Assembly: GCA_039931675.1 (NCBI GenBank) | Contig: JBDTRM010000266.1 | Coordinates: 47-64,046 of the forward strand | Reading direction: 5' to 3' | Source of the DNA: Bacteroidia bacterium | GTDB taxonomy: Bacteria; Bacteroidota; Bacteroidia; AKYH767-A; OLB10 | Length of the DNA: 64,000 nt | Shown: piece by piece, positions 63,226-64,000 of the stretch | Layout of the letters: each line of letters begins with the position of its first letter | Numbering within the stretch: position 1 is the first letter of the stretch | Translations under genes and position numbers: made by a program | The notes under the pieces: generated by a model | Databases searched by the model: none | Told to the model about the DNA's origin: nothing | Seen by the model: only the letters and a program-made list of their open reading frames with translations

Positions 63226-63816
63226 TCAATGAAACTTTTCACCCTTCCTGAGCATTTCAAGAATTACTTTCATCCGTTTTTCTCTTGTTTCAGGTTTCTT
63301 TGCCGTTTGCAGTCTCCATGTTATGGCAAAAGTGTTTGCCTTGTTAAGTGAATTAAAAAATTCCAATGCCTTTTTATTCTTTGAAAGCGCTTTTAGAAAA
63401 TCATCCGGTATCTGCATGTTTGCCGGAGAGTCATAAGCTTTATCAAGTCTGCCATCTTTTTTAGCTTCTTCAAATGCTTTTATACCGGCAGGTTTCATTC
63501 TGCCTTCTTTTTCAAGGCGGTTGATATGCTCTATATTTATTTTCGACCAGATGCTCCGTGCCCTGCGTGGCGTGAATTTCTGTATCCACGATTGATCATC
63601 GTTGCTCTTAGCCTGTCCATCAATCCAGCCATAACATAGTGCTTCATCGAGGGCTTCAGCCCGGCTAACTGAGTTAATATCCGAATCTTTTTTAAAGAGC
63701 TTTATCCACACTCCATTAATTTTGTCGTGATTCCGTTCAAGCCAGCGGTGCCATTCTTTTTGGGTTTTAAATGCCATTACAGCGAAGTCAATTTTGTTTT
63801 TAGATTTTTCTGCCAT
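63226..63816 (-). CDS. YdeI/OmpD-associated family protein
   Basis: 196 aa. WHRWLERNH...GVWIKLFKK...EALDEALCYGWIDGQ...FTPRRARSIWSKIN... and C-terminal PDDF...AL..N..A..FF..L......AI.W.L..AKKPETR.KRM are typical of this family. Confidence 0.8.
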   Translation of the reverse strand: MAEKSKNKIDFAVMAFKTQKEWHRWLERNHDKINGVWIKLFKKDSDINSVSRAEALDEALCYGWIDGQAKSNDDQSWIQKFTPRRARSIWSKINIEHINRLEKEGRMKPAGIKAFEEAKKDGRLDKAYDSPANMQIPDDFLKALSKNKKALEFFNSLNKANTFAITWRLQTAKKPETREKRMKVILEMLRKGEKFH

Positions 63817-64000
63817 AGATGAGTGTTAATTATTCGAAGTAATAATGAGGGCTTCAAATATAAAGGGATTTAGAGATGCGATGACGAAATGATAAAGTTT
63901 CCGCCCGCTGTAGCAAAGTATCCCGTGCCGCTGTGGTAAGATGTCCCACATACCCGGCTCCTGTTTTACGGGACAAATCGTGCAGTGCAATTAGTACACG

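Noticed and set aside
1-64000. Alternative genetic code, prompted by the in-frame TAA/TAG/TGA in the heptad array, the transposase relic and the T9SS relic
   Set aside because: More than 40 long, motif-complete ORFs terminate normally with TAA, TAG or TGA and contain no internal stops. The affected loci also carry frameshifts. Decay or sequencing error is the simpler explanation.
1-64000. tRNA, rRNA, tmRNA or riboswitch genes in the longer intergenic regions (6034-6246, 6724-7062, 9508-9771, 20933-21441, 62708-63225)
   Set aside because: Reading by eye, I found no cloverleaf-compatible inverted repeats and no conserved rRNA or riboswitch strings. This is a weak negative; tRNAscan-SE or Infernal should be run.

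Overview
Low-GC chromosomal segment with Bacteroidota hallmarks: several T9SS C-terminal sorting domains, a divergent tsaD/tamB pair, a DUF4834 protein, an RRM protein, a YfhO-like protein, and many short palindromic intergenic 'word' repeats. I recognised no rRNA, tRNA or CRISPR array by eye. The window falls into four parts. (1) 1-21 kb is entirely minus strand and reads as an accessory conflict/defence island. It holds two secreted TPR(-CHAT) proteins with a FecR-like secreted protein and a stand-alone CHASE2 membrane protein, then a lone 5'(3')-deoxyribonucleotidase. Next come two tandem paralogs of a membrane-spanning STAND-like P-loop NTPase with a predicted extracytoplasmic LRR domain; this pair is the most novel-looking candidate system. 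The island ends with a translationally coupled operon hsdR-hsdS-[ABC-like ATPase + HNH-like nuclease]-hsdM, i.e. a Septu-like pair embedded in a type I R-M system. (2) 21-23 kb is a decayed, repeat-rich zone with two frameshifted small genes, hairpin repeats and a strictly phased 13 x 21-bp degenerate array. (3) 23-52 kb is mostly housekeeping or envelope genes, interrupted by several elements: an orphan 5'-truncated Rhs core with an alpha/beta-hydrolase toxin tip and a lipoprotein immunity candidate, a split IS200/RAYT-like Y1 transposase relic, two T9SS surface proteins, and a roughly 157-bp GC-rich palindromic element inserted in frame in an AddB-like nuclease gene. (4) 52-64 kb holds a roughly 3.4-kb tandem duplication encoding giant PQQ-sugar-dehydrogenase/Ig/PA14/DNRLRE-like/T9SS proteins, two single-domain response regulators, a multiply frameshifted T9SS gene relic and a YdeI-like gene. 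All functional calls come from motif recognition in the supplied translations. No database search was run.
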